Position numbers and translations under genes: made by a program. From contig NZ_JAQFIQ010000053.1 in assembly GCF_029504745.1 (NCBI RefSeq), forward strand, positions 1 through 14,814: a DNA stretch of 14,814 bases. Direction: 5' to 3'. This DNA is from Breznakia sp. PF5-3. Its GTDB lineage: Bacteria > Bacillota_I > Bacilli_A > Erysipelotrichales > Erysipelotrichaceae. How positions within the stretch are numbered: position 1 is the stretch's first letter; every line of letters begins with the position of its first letter. Shown here piece by piece: positions 6,276-14,004 of this stretch. The notes under the pieces are model-generated. The model saw only the letters and a list, made by a program, of their open reading frames with translations, ran no database searches and had not been told where the DNA came from.

Positions 6276-7352
6276 ATGAAAAAATTTAGTATTATGGCTG
6301 TGACAGCGTGCCTTGTATTGCTATTAAGTGCATGTGGTGGCTCAGATGGTGACAGCGCAAAGGATGACACATGTCCTGTAAAAGTTGGATTTGTAACGGA
6401 CATGGGAGGGATTGATGATCGCTCATTTAACCAAGGATCTTGGGAAGGTGTACAGCAATTTGCCAAAGATAACAAATTGGATAAGAGTTGCTATACATAC
6501 CTAGAATCAAAAACAGAAGCAGATTATACTACAAACTTATCAACATTGGCAGATGATGGATATGATATCGTAATCGCAGCAGGTTACTTATTCATAGATT
6601 CAATGGGAGATGTGGCTGCACAATACCCTGACACAAAATTTTTGATTATTGATGGTGTTGTAGAAGCAGAAAACGTGGAAAGTGCAGTATTTGCCGCAAA
6701 TGAATCGTCTTATTTGGCAGGTATGGCAGCAGCTTTAGAAGCGAAAGAACAAGGATCTAATGATGTTGGATTTATTGGAGGTATGGAAGGTGAAGTAATT
6801 GGAGCTTTCCAAGCTGGATTTGAACAAGGTGCATTGGATGCGAATCCAGATGTTATCGTTCATGTAGACTATGTAGGTAGTTATGATGATGCTGGTAAAG
6901 CGACAACATTAGCTGCTAAGCAATATGATGCAGGTGTAAAAGTAATTTTCCATGCTGCAGGAAATGCAGGTAATGGTGTTATCAAAGAAGCACAAACAAG
7001 AAGTGAAGCTGGCGATATAGTATATGTGGTTGGTGTAGATAAAGATCAATACGATACAGGTAAATACGGTGATGATGACAAGTCAGTAATTTTAACTTCT
7101 GCATTAAAACGTGTAGATGTTGCAACTTATGATGCAGCTAAAGCAGTTATGGATGATAAATTCGAAGCTGGAGTTACAACATATACATTAAAAGAAAATG
7201 GTGTAGGAATTCCTGAGAAAAACCCTAACTTAAGTGATAGTATTAAAAAAGCATTGGATAAAGCAATAGCGGATATTAAAGATGGAACAATTACAGTAAA
7301 TGAAAAACCTGTAATTGCAAATGGTTCTTCAAAATCACCAAAAGCTAAATAA
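6276..7352 (+). CDS. BMP-family (PnrA/Med/TmpC-like) nucleoside-binding lipoprotein, the ABC transporter substrate-binding component
   Basis: 358 aa. The signal peptide has the lipobox L-S-A-C (C20 codon at 6333-6335). 'GFVTDMGGIDDRSFNQGSWEG' is the hallmark BMP-family motif. It corresponds to B. subtilis NupN (YufN), L. lactis RnsB-system binding proteins and Treponema PnrA. A GGAGG RBS lies at 6266-6270. Confidence 0.9.
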   Translation: MKKFSIMAVTACLVLLLSACGGSDGDSAKDDTCPVKVGFVTDMGGIDDRSFNQGSWEGVQQFAKDNKLDKSCYTYLESKTEADYTTNLSTLADDGYDIVIAAGYLFIDSMGDVAAQYPDTKFLIIDGVVEAENVESAVFAANESSYLAGMAAALEAKEQGSNDVGFIGGMEGEVIGAFQAGFEQGALDANPDVIVHVDYVGSYDDAGKATTLAAKQYDAGVKVIFHAAGNAGNGVIKEAQTRSEAGDIVYVVGVDKDQYDTGKYGDDDKSVILTSALKRVDVATYDAAKAVMDDKFEAGVTTYTLKENGVGIPEKNPNLSDSIKKALDKAIADIKDGTITVNEKPVIANGSSKSPKAK

Positions 7353-7378
7353 TCATAGATATTCAAGTTAAGTATTAT

Positions 7379-7405
7379 GGGAGAAAGTAGCTTTCTCCCA
7401 TTTTT
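7379..7405 (+). terminator. Intra-operon hairpin with T-tract (partial terminator or attenuator) after the binding-protein gene
   Basis: GGGAGAAAG (7379-7387), loop TAG and CTTTCTCCC (7391-7399) form a perfect 9-bp stem followed by ATTTTT (7400-7405). It sits 18 nt before the ATPase start codon. Confidence 0.65.
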
Positions 7406-7422
7406 GAAGAAAGGGGAATATA

Positions 7423-8946
7423 ATGGAATATGCAGTAGAAATGCTAAACATCACAAAAGAGTTTCCAGGAATCAAAGCAAATGATGATGTAACGGTTCGC
7501 TTAAAACAGGGAACAATTCATGCGTTGCTTGGTGAAAATGGGGCTGGAAAGTCTACGTTAATGTCAATTCTATTTGGTTTATATAAGCCAACTTCAGGTG
7601 AAATAAAAGTAAAAGGTAAAGTTATTGAAGATATGGATCCTAATTTGGCAACAGAGTTGCATATAGGGATGGTGCATCAACACTTTAAACTTGTGGAATC
7701 TTTTACAGTGACTGAAAATATTGTGTTGGGTCAAGAGCCTATGAAAAATCATATGATTGATTATAAAGCGGCGAAAAAGCGAATTTTGGAGTTATCAGAA
7801 CAATATGGATTTAAGGTTGATCCAGATGCAAAGATTTCTGATATATCAGTAGGGACACAACAAAAAGTTGAAATTTTAAAAATGCTATATCGCAATGCAG
7901 AAATTTTGATTTTTGATGAACCAACAGCGGTTTTAACACCACAAGAAATTGATGATTTGATTTTGATTATGAAACAATTGGTAAAAGAAGGAAAGAGTAT
8001 TTTATTGATTACGCATAAGCTTCAAGAAATTAAAGCAGTTGCTGATGAATGTAGTGTTTTACGTAGAGGTAAATACATTGCTACAGTGAATGTAAAAGAT
8101 ACAAGTAAAGAAGAAATGGCAGAAATGATGGTGGGTCGTAATGTTAATTTTAATGTTGAAAAAGGCCCTGCAAAACCAGCTGAAGTGGTTTTGGATATTA
8201 AAAATATCGATGTTTGTGATGAAGATAAAAATAGAAAAGTAAAAGATTTTTCTTTACAGGTGAGATCTGGAGAGATTGTTGGTGTTGCTGGAGTTGATGG
8301 AAATGGCCAGAGTGAATTGATTTATGCACTTTGTGGGTTGATGAAAAACACCAAAGGAACAATTTGTTTGAATGGGGAAGACATTAGTAAAATGTCAATT
8401 AAGAAGCGTTTTGATAAAGGGCTTGGACATATCCCTGAAGATCGACATAAATATGGATTGGTATTGGATTTTCTTTTAAAAGAGAATTTGGTGTTACAGT
8501 CTTATAATGATGCACCATATTCAAAAAAAGGAATCTTACAAAAAAATGAAATTGATAAGCATGCAGATCGTTTGATTGAAATCTTTGATGTAAGAAGTGG
8601 AGAAGGTAAGGATTCCTTAACCCGTAGTATGTCTGGAGGAAATCAACAAAAAGCAATTATTGCGCGTGAAATTGAACGTAATCCTAAATTGTTATTAGTC
8701 GTACAACCAACACGAGGTCTGGATGTAGGAGCAATTGAATATATTCAAAAACGTATTATTGAAGAGCGAGACAAAGGGACAGCGGTGTTACTAGTTTCAT
8801 TGGATTTAGATGAAATACTAGATTTATCAGATAAGATTGCAGTTATGCATGATGGAGAATGTACAGCATTCTTAGACCGCTCAGAAACAGATTTCAGAGA
8901 TATTGGATTATATATGGCTGGAACTAAGAAAGGAGAAGAATCATGA
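7423..8946 (+). CDS. ABC transporter ATP-binding protein with two fused ATPase domains (CUT2/nucleoside type, NupO/YufO-like)
   Basis: 507 aa. The first domain has Walker A 'GENGAGKST', a signature-like 'VGTQQKVEIL' and Walker B 'ILIFDEPT'. The second domain has a degenerate Walker A 'GVDGNGQSE', signature 'MSGGNQQK' and 'LLVVQPTRGLD'. Confidence 0.92.
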   Translation: MEYAVEMLNITKEFPGIKANDDVTVRLKQGTIHALLGENGAGKSTLMSILFGLYKPTSGEIKVKGKVIEDMDPNLATELHIGMVHQHFKLVESFTVTENIVLGQEPMKNHMIDYKAAKKRILELSEQYGFKVDPDAKISDISVGTQQKVEILKMLYRNAEILIFDEPTAVLTPQEIDDLILIMKQLVKEGKSILLITHKLQEIKAVADECSVLRRGKYIATVNVKDTSKEEMAEMMVGRNVNFNVEKGPAKPAEVVLDIKNIDVCDEDKNRKVKDFSLQVRSGEIVGVAGVDGNGQSELIYALCGLMKNTKGTICLNGEDISKMSIKKRFDKGLGHIPEDRHKYGLVLDFLLKENLVLQSYNDAPYSKKGILQKNEIDKHADRLIEIFDVRSGEGKDSLTRSMSGGNQQKAIIAREIERNPKLLLVVQPTRGLDVGAIEYIQKRIIEERDKGTAVLLVSLDLDEILDLSDKIAVMHDGECTAFLDRSETDFRDIGLYMAGTKKGEES

Positions 8947-10073
8947 AGAAAAACCTTTCACCAATAAAAATTTCCCTTATATCCGTTGGAATGGGATTGA
9001 TTCTTGGGATTATCATTTTGGTAGCATCTGGCTATAGTCCGATGGTTTTATTTAATGCTATGTTACGTGGGTTAGTAGGATCCACTTTCAATAATTTTGG
9101 TAATTTTAATTTACGTAATACAGGTGAATTTATTGTATTTTCATTACCAATTATTTTAACTGGTCTTTCCGTTGCTTTTGCATATCGTACAGGTATGTTT
9201 AATATTGGTGCTGAAGGACAAGTTATGGTAGGGGCATGTGCAAGTATTTGTGTTGCACTACTTGTACCACTACCAGGAATCTTACATGTAATTGCTTGTG
9301 TAATTGCAGGAGCAGTAGCAGGAGCATTATGGGGCCTTATTCCAGGGATTTTGAAAAGTCGTTATAAAATTAATGAGGTTGTTGTATGTATCATGTTGAA
9401 TTACTTTGGTATGTACTTCTCAAATTATATTTTAAAAGCATTACCAGGTTCGAGTATTTCAAAGACAGTACAAATACCTAGTTCAGCTTCACTATCTAGT
9501 GATTTCTTGAGTTCGATTACAAATAATTCACGGTTGAATTGGGGAATTCTAATTGTAGCTTTAGCAATCTTTGCATATTGGTTTATTTTAAATAAAACCG
9601 CTTTTGGTTTTAGTCTGCGTGCTACTGGATATAATGAAGATGCTGCGCAGTACGCAGGTATGAAAACGAAAAGAAATGTTGTTTATTCAATGATGATTGC
9701 AGGAGCTCTTGCAGGATTAGCTGGAGCCGTTATTTCCTTAGGTACCTTCAACATGGGTAGAGTTATCGGGTCTTTTGAAAATTATGGATTTGATGGTATT
9801 GCCGTTGCTTTTGTTGGCGCCTTTAATGCAATTGGAATTATGCTTGCAGGATTGTTGTTTGGATTGTTGAAAGTGATGTCTCCACTTATGCAGGCAACTG
9901 GTGTTCCAAAAGAGATTAATGAAATAATTTCGGCAGGTATTGTATTGTTTGTGGCAATGCAATATGGAATTATATTGTTATTAAATCGCTTTCATAAGAA
10001 AAAGAAGAAACCAAAGAAAATTGAAACTGATAAAAATGAGAATGAAAAAGTGGAAGGAGGCGTGAAAGTATGA
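8943..10073 (+). CDS. ABC transporter permease (NupP/YufP/RnsC-like) with a lysine-rich C-terminal tail
   Basis: 376 aa and polytopic, with multiple hydrophobic segments. An ATGA overlap of 4 nt with the ATPase stop indicates translational coupling. Its position and family are typical of the BMP-type nucleoside importer. Confidence 0.9.
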   Translation: MKKNLSPIKISLISVGMGLILGIIILVASGYSPMVLFNAMLRGLVGSTFNNFGNFNLRNTGEFIVFSLPIILTGLSVAFAYRTGMFNIGAEGQVMVGACASICVALLVPLPGILHVIACVIAGAVAGALWGLIPGILKSRYKINEVVVCIMLNYFGMYFSNYILKALPGSSISKTVQIPSSASLSSDFLSSITNNSRLNWGILIVALAIFAYWFILNKTAFGFSLRATGYNEDAAQYAGMKTKRNVVYSMMIAGALAGLAGAVISLGTFNMGRVIGSFENYGFDGIAVAFVGAFNAIGIMLAGLLFGLLKVMSPLMQATGVPKEINEIISAGIVLFVAMQYGIILLLNRFHKKKKKPKKIETDKNENEKVEGGVKV

Positions 10074-11020
10074 ATTTATTTCTACAAATGTTTCCAGCAG
10101 CTTTGATTATGGCAACACCGATTGTAATTGCAGCATTAGGTGGTTTGTTTTCTGAGCGTAGTGGAATTATCAATATTGCTCTTGAAGGTATTATGTTAGT
10201 TGGTGCTTTTGCAACCGCAACAGTAACCATTTTATTAAGTGATAGTCTTGGTAATTTTGCTCCTTGGGTAGGAATTATTATCGGTGCAATTGTAGGATGT
10301 TTATATTCTGCAATCCATGCTTTTGTGTCGATAAACTTGAAAGCGGATCAAACGATTTCTGGGGTAGCATTAAATATGCTTTCTACAGGATTGACAATTT
10401 ACTTATGTCAGTTGATATTTCAAGGACAAAGAACGCCAAACTTTCCTACTAATATAGCAAAGTTATCAGTTCCTATCTTGAAGGATATACCAATTATTGG
10501 GCCAATGTTCTTTAGCAATGTATATCCAACTTTCTTTATCGCTGTAGGACTTGTCCTATTAACGTATTTCTTGATGTATAAGACGCGTTTTGGGTTGCGT
10601 CTACGCTCATGTGGTGAGTATCCACAAGCAAGTGCTTCGATGGGGATAACCGTTGCTAAAATGCGCTATATTGGTGTTTTAACTTCAGGTTTCCTTGGGG
10701 GACTTGCAGGCGGTATTATGGTGTTGACAACGAATATTCAATTTAGTGTTAGTGTTATTCATGGAGTTGGATTTATTGCCCTAGGATGTTTGGTGTTTGG
10801 AAAATGGCATCCATTTGGTTGTTTACTTACAGGAGTATTTTTTGGATTCTCAGAAACCATTTCATCATATTCTGGAAATATCCCAGGATTATCAGGTTTC
10901 CCAACCGAATTTTTCTATAGTATACCTTATGTTCTAACAATCATTGCGTTGATAATCTTCGCAAAACGTTCAGTTGGACCAAAAGCTGCTGGAAAAATTT
11001 ACGATGCTGGGCAAAGATAA
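10070..11020 (+). CDS. ABC transporter permease (NupQ/YufQ/RnsD-like)
   Basis: 316 aa and polytopic. It has a 4-nt ATGA overlap with the preceding permease, and a GGAAGGAGG RBS is embedded in the upstream gene's tail. Confidence 0.9.
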   Translation: MNLFLQMFPAALIMATPIVIAALGGLFSERSGIINIALEGIMLVGAFATATVTILLSDSLGNFAPWVGIIIGAIVGCLYSAIHAFVSINLKADQTISGVALNMLSTGLTIYLCQLIFQGQRTPNFPTNIAKLSVPILKDIPIIGPMFFSNVYPTFFIAVGLVLLTYFLMYKTRFGLRLRSCGEYPQASASMGITVAKMRYIGVLTSGFLGGLAGGIMVLTTNIQFSVSVIHGVGFIALGCLVFGKWHPFGCLLTGVFFGFSETISSYSGNIPGLSGFPTEFFYSIPYVLTIIALIIFAKRSVGPKAAGKIYDAGQR

Positions 11021-11027
11021 TGTAGTT

Positions 11028-11066
11028 ATAAAACCAGATTCTTTATTTTGAATTTGGTTTTATTTT
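11028..11066 (+). terminator. Putative weak intra-operon terminator or attenuator hairpin between the permease and cdd
   Basis: AAACCAGATTC (11031-11041), loop TTTATTTT and GAATTTGGTTT (11050-11060) give an 11-bp AT-rich stem with one G-U wobble, extendable by 2-3 A-T pairs, followed by a T-rich tract. cdd has its own strong AAGGAGGAG RBS at 11072-11080. Confidence 0.45.
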
Positions 11067-11083
11067 AATACAAGGAGGAGAAC

Positions 11084-11479
11084 ATGAATACATTAATTGA
11101 AAAGACAAAAACATATTTAAAGAATGCATATGTACCATATTCTGATTTTCGAGTTGCTGCATGTGTAAAGACTAAAACAAAAGAATATTATGGAGCAAAT
11201 ATCGAAAATGCTTCTTATGGACTTTCCAATTGTGCTGAGCGAAGTGCTTTATTTGCTGCATATTCTCAAGGGGTTCGTAAAGAAGATATTGAAGCGATGA
11301 TTATTGTTACAAAGGCTAAGCAATTAACCTATCCATGTGGTGCATGTCGTCAAGTAATGGTTGAACTTGTACCTAGAGAGGCAAAGGTTATACTGGCAAA
11401 TGAACATGAAATTAAAGAAACTACAGTTGAAGAGTTAATACCTTTTGCTTTTGATGCTTCAGATTTAGATGAAGAATAG
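11084..11479 (+). CDS. cdd: Cytidine deaminase (small homotetrameric type)
   Basis: 131 aa. The zinc and catalytic motifs 'NCAERSALF' (C-A-E) and 'PCGACRQVM' (PCxxC) have the correct spacing, and the size matches B. subtilis-type Cdd. Confidence 0.93.
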   Translation: MNTLIEKTKTYLKNAYVPYSDFRVAACVKTKTKEYYGANIENASYGLSNCAERSALFAAYSQGVRKEDIEAMIIVTKAKQLTYPCGACRQVMVELVPREAKVILANEHEIKETTVEELIPFAFDASDLDEE

Positions 11480-11493
11480 AGAGGGAAAAGACG

Positions 11494-12795
11494 ATGAATA
11501 TAATAGAAATCATTGAAAAGAAACGTGATGGTCAAATTCTAACAAAAGAAGAAATTGAGTATTTTGTGAAAGCCTATTGCGATGGTACGATTGCAGAATA
11601 TCAAGCTTCTGCTTTGCTTATGGCAATTTATTTTAATTCACTTAATAAGGAAGAATTGTCTGTTTTTACGAAAGCGATGATAGAGAGCGGGAGAACATAT
11701 GATTTTTCTAGTTATGATGGTGTATTTGTAGATAAACATTCAACTGGTGGTGTAGGAGATAAGACAACCTTGGTGTTAGCTCCCATCTTAGCCGTTTGTG
11801 GTTGTAAAGTCGCTAAAATGAGTGGTAGAGGATTATCTTTTACTGGTGGAACTTTGGATAAACTAGAATCAATCCCCGGCTTACAGGTTGAAGTTAGTGA
11901 AGCTGATTTTATGAAACAAGTAGAGGAAATTGGTTGTGCTGTAATTGGACAAAGCAATGATATGGTGTATGCAGATAAAAAACTATATGCACTCCGTGAT
12001 GTAACAGGAACAGTTAGTAGTATTCCACTTATCGCTTCTTCTGTTATGTCTAAGAAAATCGCTGCTGGAAGTGAAGTTATTTTATTAGATGTAAAATGTG
12101 GTGATGGTGCATTTATGAAAAACAAAGATGATGCTATTGAATTGGCGAAACGAATGATTGAAATTGGTGAAAGTGCCAATCGCAAAGTCGCGGCTGAAAT
12201 TACAAGTATGGATGATGTGTTAGGTACTTGTGTTGGTAATTCATTAGAAGTATGGGAAGCAATTGAAACATTGAAAGGAAATTATGACCAAGATTTCTAT
12301 GATTTATGTGTACATTCTTCTTATACAATTTTAAAGATGGCTAATATTTGTGAGAATGAAGAAGAAGCACGACAAAAAGTAGAAGCCTGTATTCAAGATG
12401 GAACAGCTTTGGCAAAATTAAAAGAAATGATTGAATATCAACATGGTAATGGCGAAGTAGTTAATAATTATGAACTATTAGCGATTTCTAAACAAACGGT
12501 TGATGTTTATGCAGATACTGCTGGTTATCTAAATACGTTGCATGTGAAGGATATAGGACTTTTATCTTGCGCACTTGGAGCAGGTAGAATGCAAATTGAA
12601 GATGCAATCGATCATGGGGTAGGAATTGTTTTACACAAGAAACGTTATGATAGGGTTGAAAAAGGAGATATCTTATGTACTCTCTATGTAAATGACACCT
12701 TCGAAGAAAGCTTGGTTGATAAAATGAAAGCATGCTTTGTAATTGAAGAGAATGAAATAGAGAGAGAACCATTAATATACAAAGTATTGCATTAA
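11494..12795 (+). CDS. pdp: Pyrimidine-nucleoside (thymidine/uridine) phosphorylase
   Basis: 433 aa. It shows 'IIEKKRDG..L..EEI..F' at the N-terminus, 'DKHSTGGVGDKTTLVLAPILA' (phosphate-binding), 'MSGRGLSFTGGTLDKLESIPG' and 'LYALRDVT', which are typical of the Pdp/DeoA family. Confidence 0.93.
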   Translation: MNIIEIIEKKRDGQILTKEEIEYFVKAYCDGTIAEYQASALLMAIYFNSLNKEELSVFTKAMIESGRTYDFSSYDGVFVDKHSTGGVGDKTTLVLAPILAVCGCKVAKMSGRGLSFTGGTLDKLESIPGLQVEVSEADFMKQVEEIGCAVIGQSNDMVYADKKLYALRDVTGTVSSIPLIASSVMSKKIAAGSEVILLDVKCGDGAFMKNKDDAIELAKRMIEIGESANRKVAAEITSMDDVLGTCVGNSLEVWEAIETLKGNYDQDFYDLCVHSSYTILKMANICENEEEARQKVEACIQDGTALAKLKEMIEYQHGNGEVVNNYELLAISKQTVDVYADTAGYLNTLHVKDIGLLSCALGAGRMQIEDAIDHGVGIVLHKKRYDRVEKGDILCTLYVNDTFEESLVDKMKACFVIEENEIEREPLIYKVLH

Positions 12796-12798
12796 TAC

Positions 12799-12829
12799 AA
12801 AAGATACAGAAATAATTCTGTATCTTTTT
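12799..12829 (+). terminator. Rho-independent terminator ending the nucleoside operon
   Basis: GATACAGAA (12803-12811), loop ATAA and TTCTGTATC (12816-12824) form a perfect 9-bp stem. It is flanked by AAAA upstream and TTTTT downstream (12825-12829), so it looks bidirectional. It starts 4 nt after the pdp stop. Confidence 0.8.
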
Positions 12830-12881
12830 AATTATTATAATGTTTGAATTTAATAGCAATCTATAAGATTATTTTCTTTTA

Positions 12882-12890
12882 TGGTAAAAT
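12882..12890 (+). promoter_or_regulatory. Candidate extended -10 element (TGgTAAAAT) for the downstream three-gene cluster
   Basis: A TG-n-TAAAAT motif lies 62 nt upstream of the 12952 start, and no convincing -35 is present. Other TATAAT hexamers occur at 12836-12841 and 12902-12907, so the assignment is ambiguous. Confidence 0.25.
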
Positions 12891-12951
12891 AATGAAAGAA
12901 ATATAATATGCAGCAATGGCGTATGGAAACAATTGTGGAAAGAGGTAAGCT

Positions 12952-13512
12952 ATGAGTACGATATTAACATTTACAAATAGAGATGATTTTCATGAATGGT
13001 TAGATAATAATAGTGAAACAAGTGAAGGTGTATGGTTGCTTTTTGGTAAGAAAGGTGGTCCTAAAACACTCTCTGCAAATGATGCACTTGAAGAAGCACT
13101 GTGTTTTGGTTGGATTGATGGGCAGATGAAAAGTATTGATCAAACAAAGTATAAAAAATATTTTGCTAAAAGAACTGCAAATAGTAAATGGTCAGAAAAG
13201 AACAAAGGATTGGTTCAAAAACTTGAAGACCAAGGATTGATGAAAGATCGAGGAAGAGCCAAAATTGAGGAAGCGAAAGCAAACGGACAATGGGATGCTG
13301 TTAAAATAACATATGATACAGACGATAATATTGCATTTGTATCAGAGTTATTGAAAGGTTATGAGCCAGCATTTACAAATTTTCAAGCAATGTCTCCATC
13401 GGTGAAAAAAACTTATACACGTGCGTATTTTGACGCTAAGACAGAGGCTGGAAAAGAGAAACGATTATCATGGATGGTGGATAGGTTAAATAAAAACCTA
13501 AAACCAATGTAA
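12952..13512 (+). CDS. YdeI/OmpD-associated family protein (DUF1801-related, sometimes annotated 'bacteriocin-protection')
   Basis: 186 aa. The pattern 'F....F..WL..N...S.GVWL.F.KK........ndAleEALCFGWIDGq...D......fa.R...S.WS..N......L...G.M...G...ie.AK.nGqWD' matches my recollection of the YdeI family. Confidence 0.7.
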   Translation: MSTILTFTNRDDFHEWLDNNSETSEGVWLLFGKKGGPKTLSANDALEEALCFGWIDGQMKSIDQTKYKKYFAKRTANSKWSEKNKGLVQKLEDQGLMKDRGRAKIEEAKANGQWDAVKITYDTDDNIAFVSELLKGYEPAFTNFQAMSPSVKKTYTRAYFDAKTEAGKEKRLSWMVDRLNKNLKPM

Positions 13513-13526
13513 AAGGAGAAAATAAT

Positions 13527-13973
13527 ATGATTCGCTATATACATACGAATATTGTAGCTAAAGACGTGGAAAAGCTAACTACTTTTTATAAAACAGTATT
13601 GGATTGTAAAAGCATAAAGGAAACACGTGATCTCAAAGGAGAATGGTTAGATGATTTAACAGGGATAGAGAAAGCGCATATTGTTGGAGAGCATCTTTTA
13701 TTACCTGGATATGGTAGTAATTATCCAACCCTTGAAATATTCTCATATGATGAACTGGAAGATAATGACATATCAAACATTAATAAACAAGGGTTTGCTC
13801 ATCTAGCTTTTCAAGTGGATGATGTAGAAAGTATGGTAAGTAAAGTGATCAAAGCTGGAGGAAGCATGGTTGGTGAAATTGTTAAGACAATGTATCCTAA
13901 CAATAAAGAAGCAACGTTTGTGTACGTACGTGATCCAGAGGGGAATATTGTTGAGTTACAAAGTATAAGGTAA
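13527..13973 (+). CDS. VOC-family (glyoxalase / bleomycin-resistance / dioxygenase fold) protein
   Basis: 148 aa. The N-terminal 'HTNIVAKDVEKLTTFYKTVL', central 'GFAHLAFQVDDVES' and C-terminal 'YVRDPEGNIVELQ' are typical of paired beta-alpha-beta-beta-beta VOC modules. An AAAGGAG RBS is present, and the gene starts 14 nt after the preceding gene. Confidence 0.75.
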   Translation: MIRYIHTNIVAKDVEKLTTFYKTVLDCKSIKETRDLKGEWLDDLTGIEKAHIVGEHLLLPGYGSNYPTLEIFSYDELEDNDISNINKQGFAHLAFQVDDVESMVSKVIKAGGSMVGEIVKTMYPNNKEATFVYVRDPEGNIVELQSIR

Positions 13974-14004
13974 TAAAATATACATTTAGTGAGGGAGAAC
14001 GAAA

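Noticed and set aside
10337-10351. A cre-like sequence TTGAAAGCGGATCAA.
   Set aside because: It lies inside the permease coding region. The 3' half is out of register with the cre consensus (WTGNAANCGNWNNCW), with the conserved C displaced by one position.
10264-10452. A 62-aa plus-strand ORF inside the second permease gene, in another frame.
   Set aside because: It is nested out of frame within a clearly polytopic permease CDS, is Cys- and Arg-rich with no sensible sequence, and has no RBS.
12908-12955. A 15-codon upstream ORF (MQQWRMETIVERGKL) whose TGA overlaps the ATG of the YdeI-like gene.
   Set aside because: It has no convincing RBS and is very short. Such ORFs occur by chance in AT-rich leaders, and I see no paired terminator/antiterminator structure that would suggest leader-peptide attenuation.
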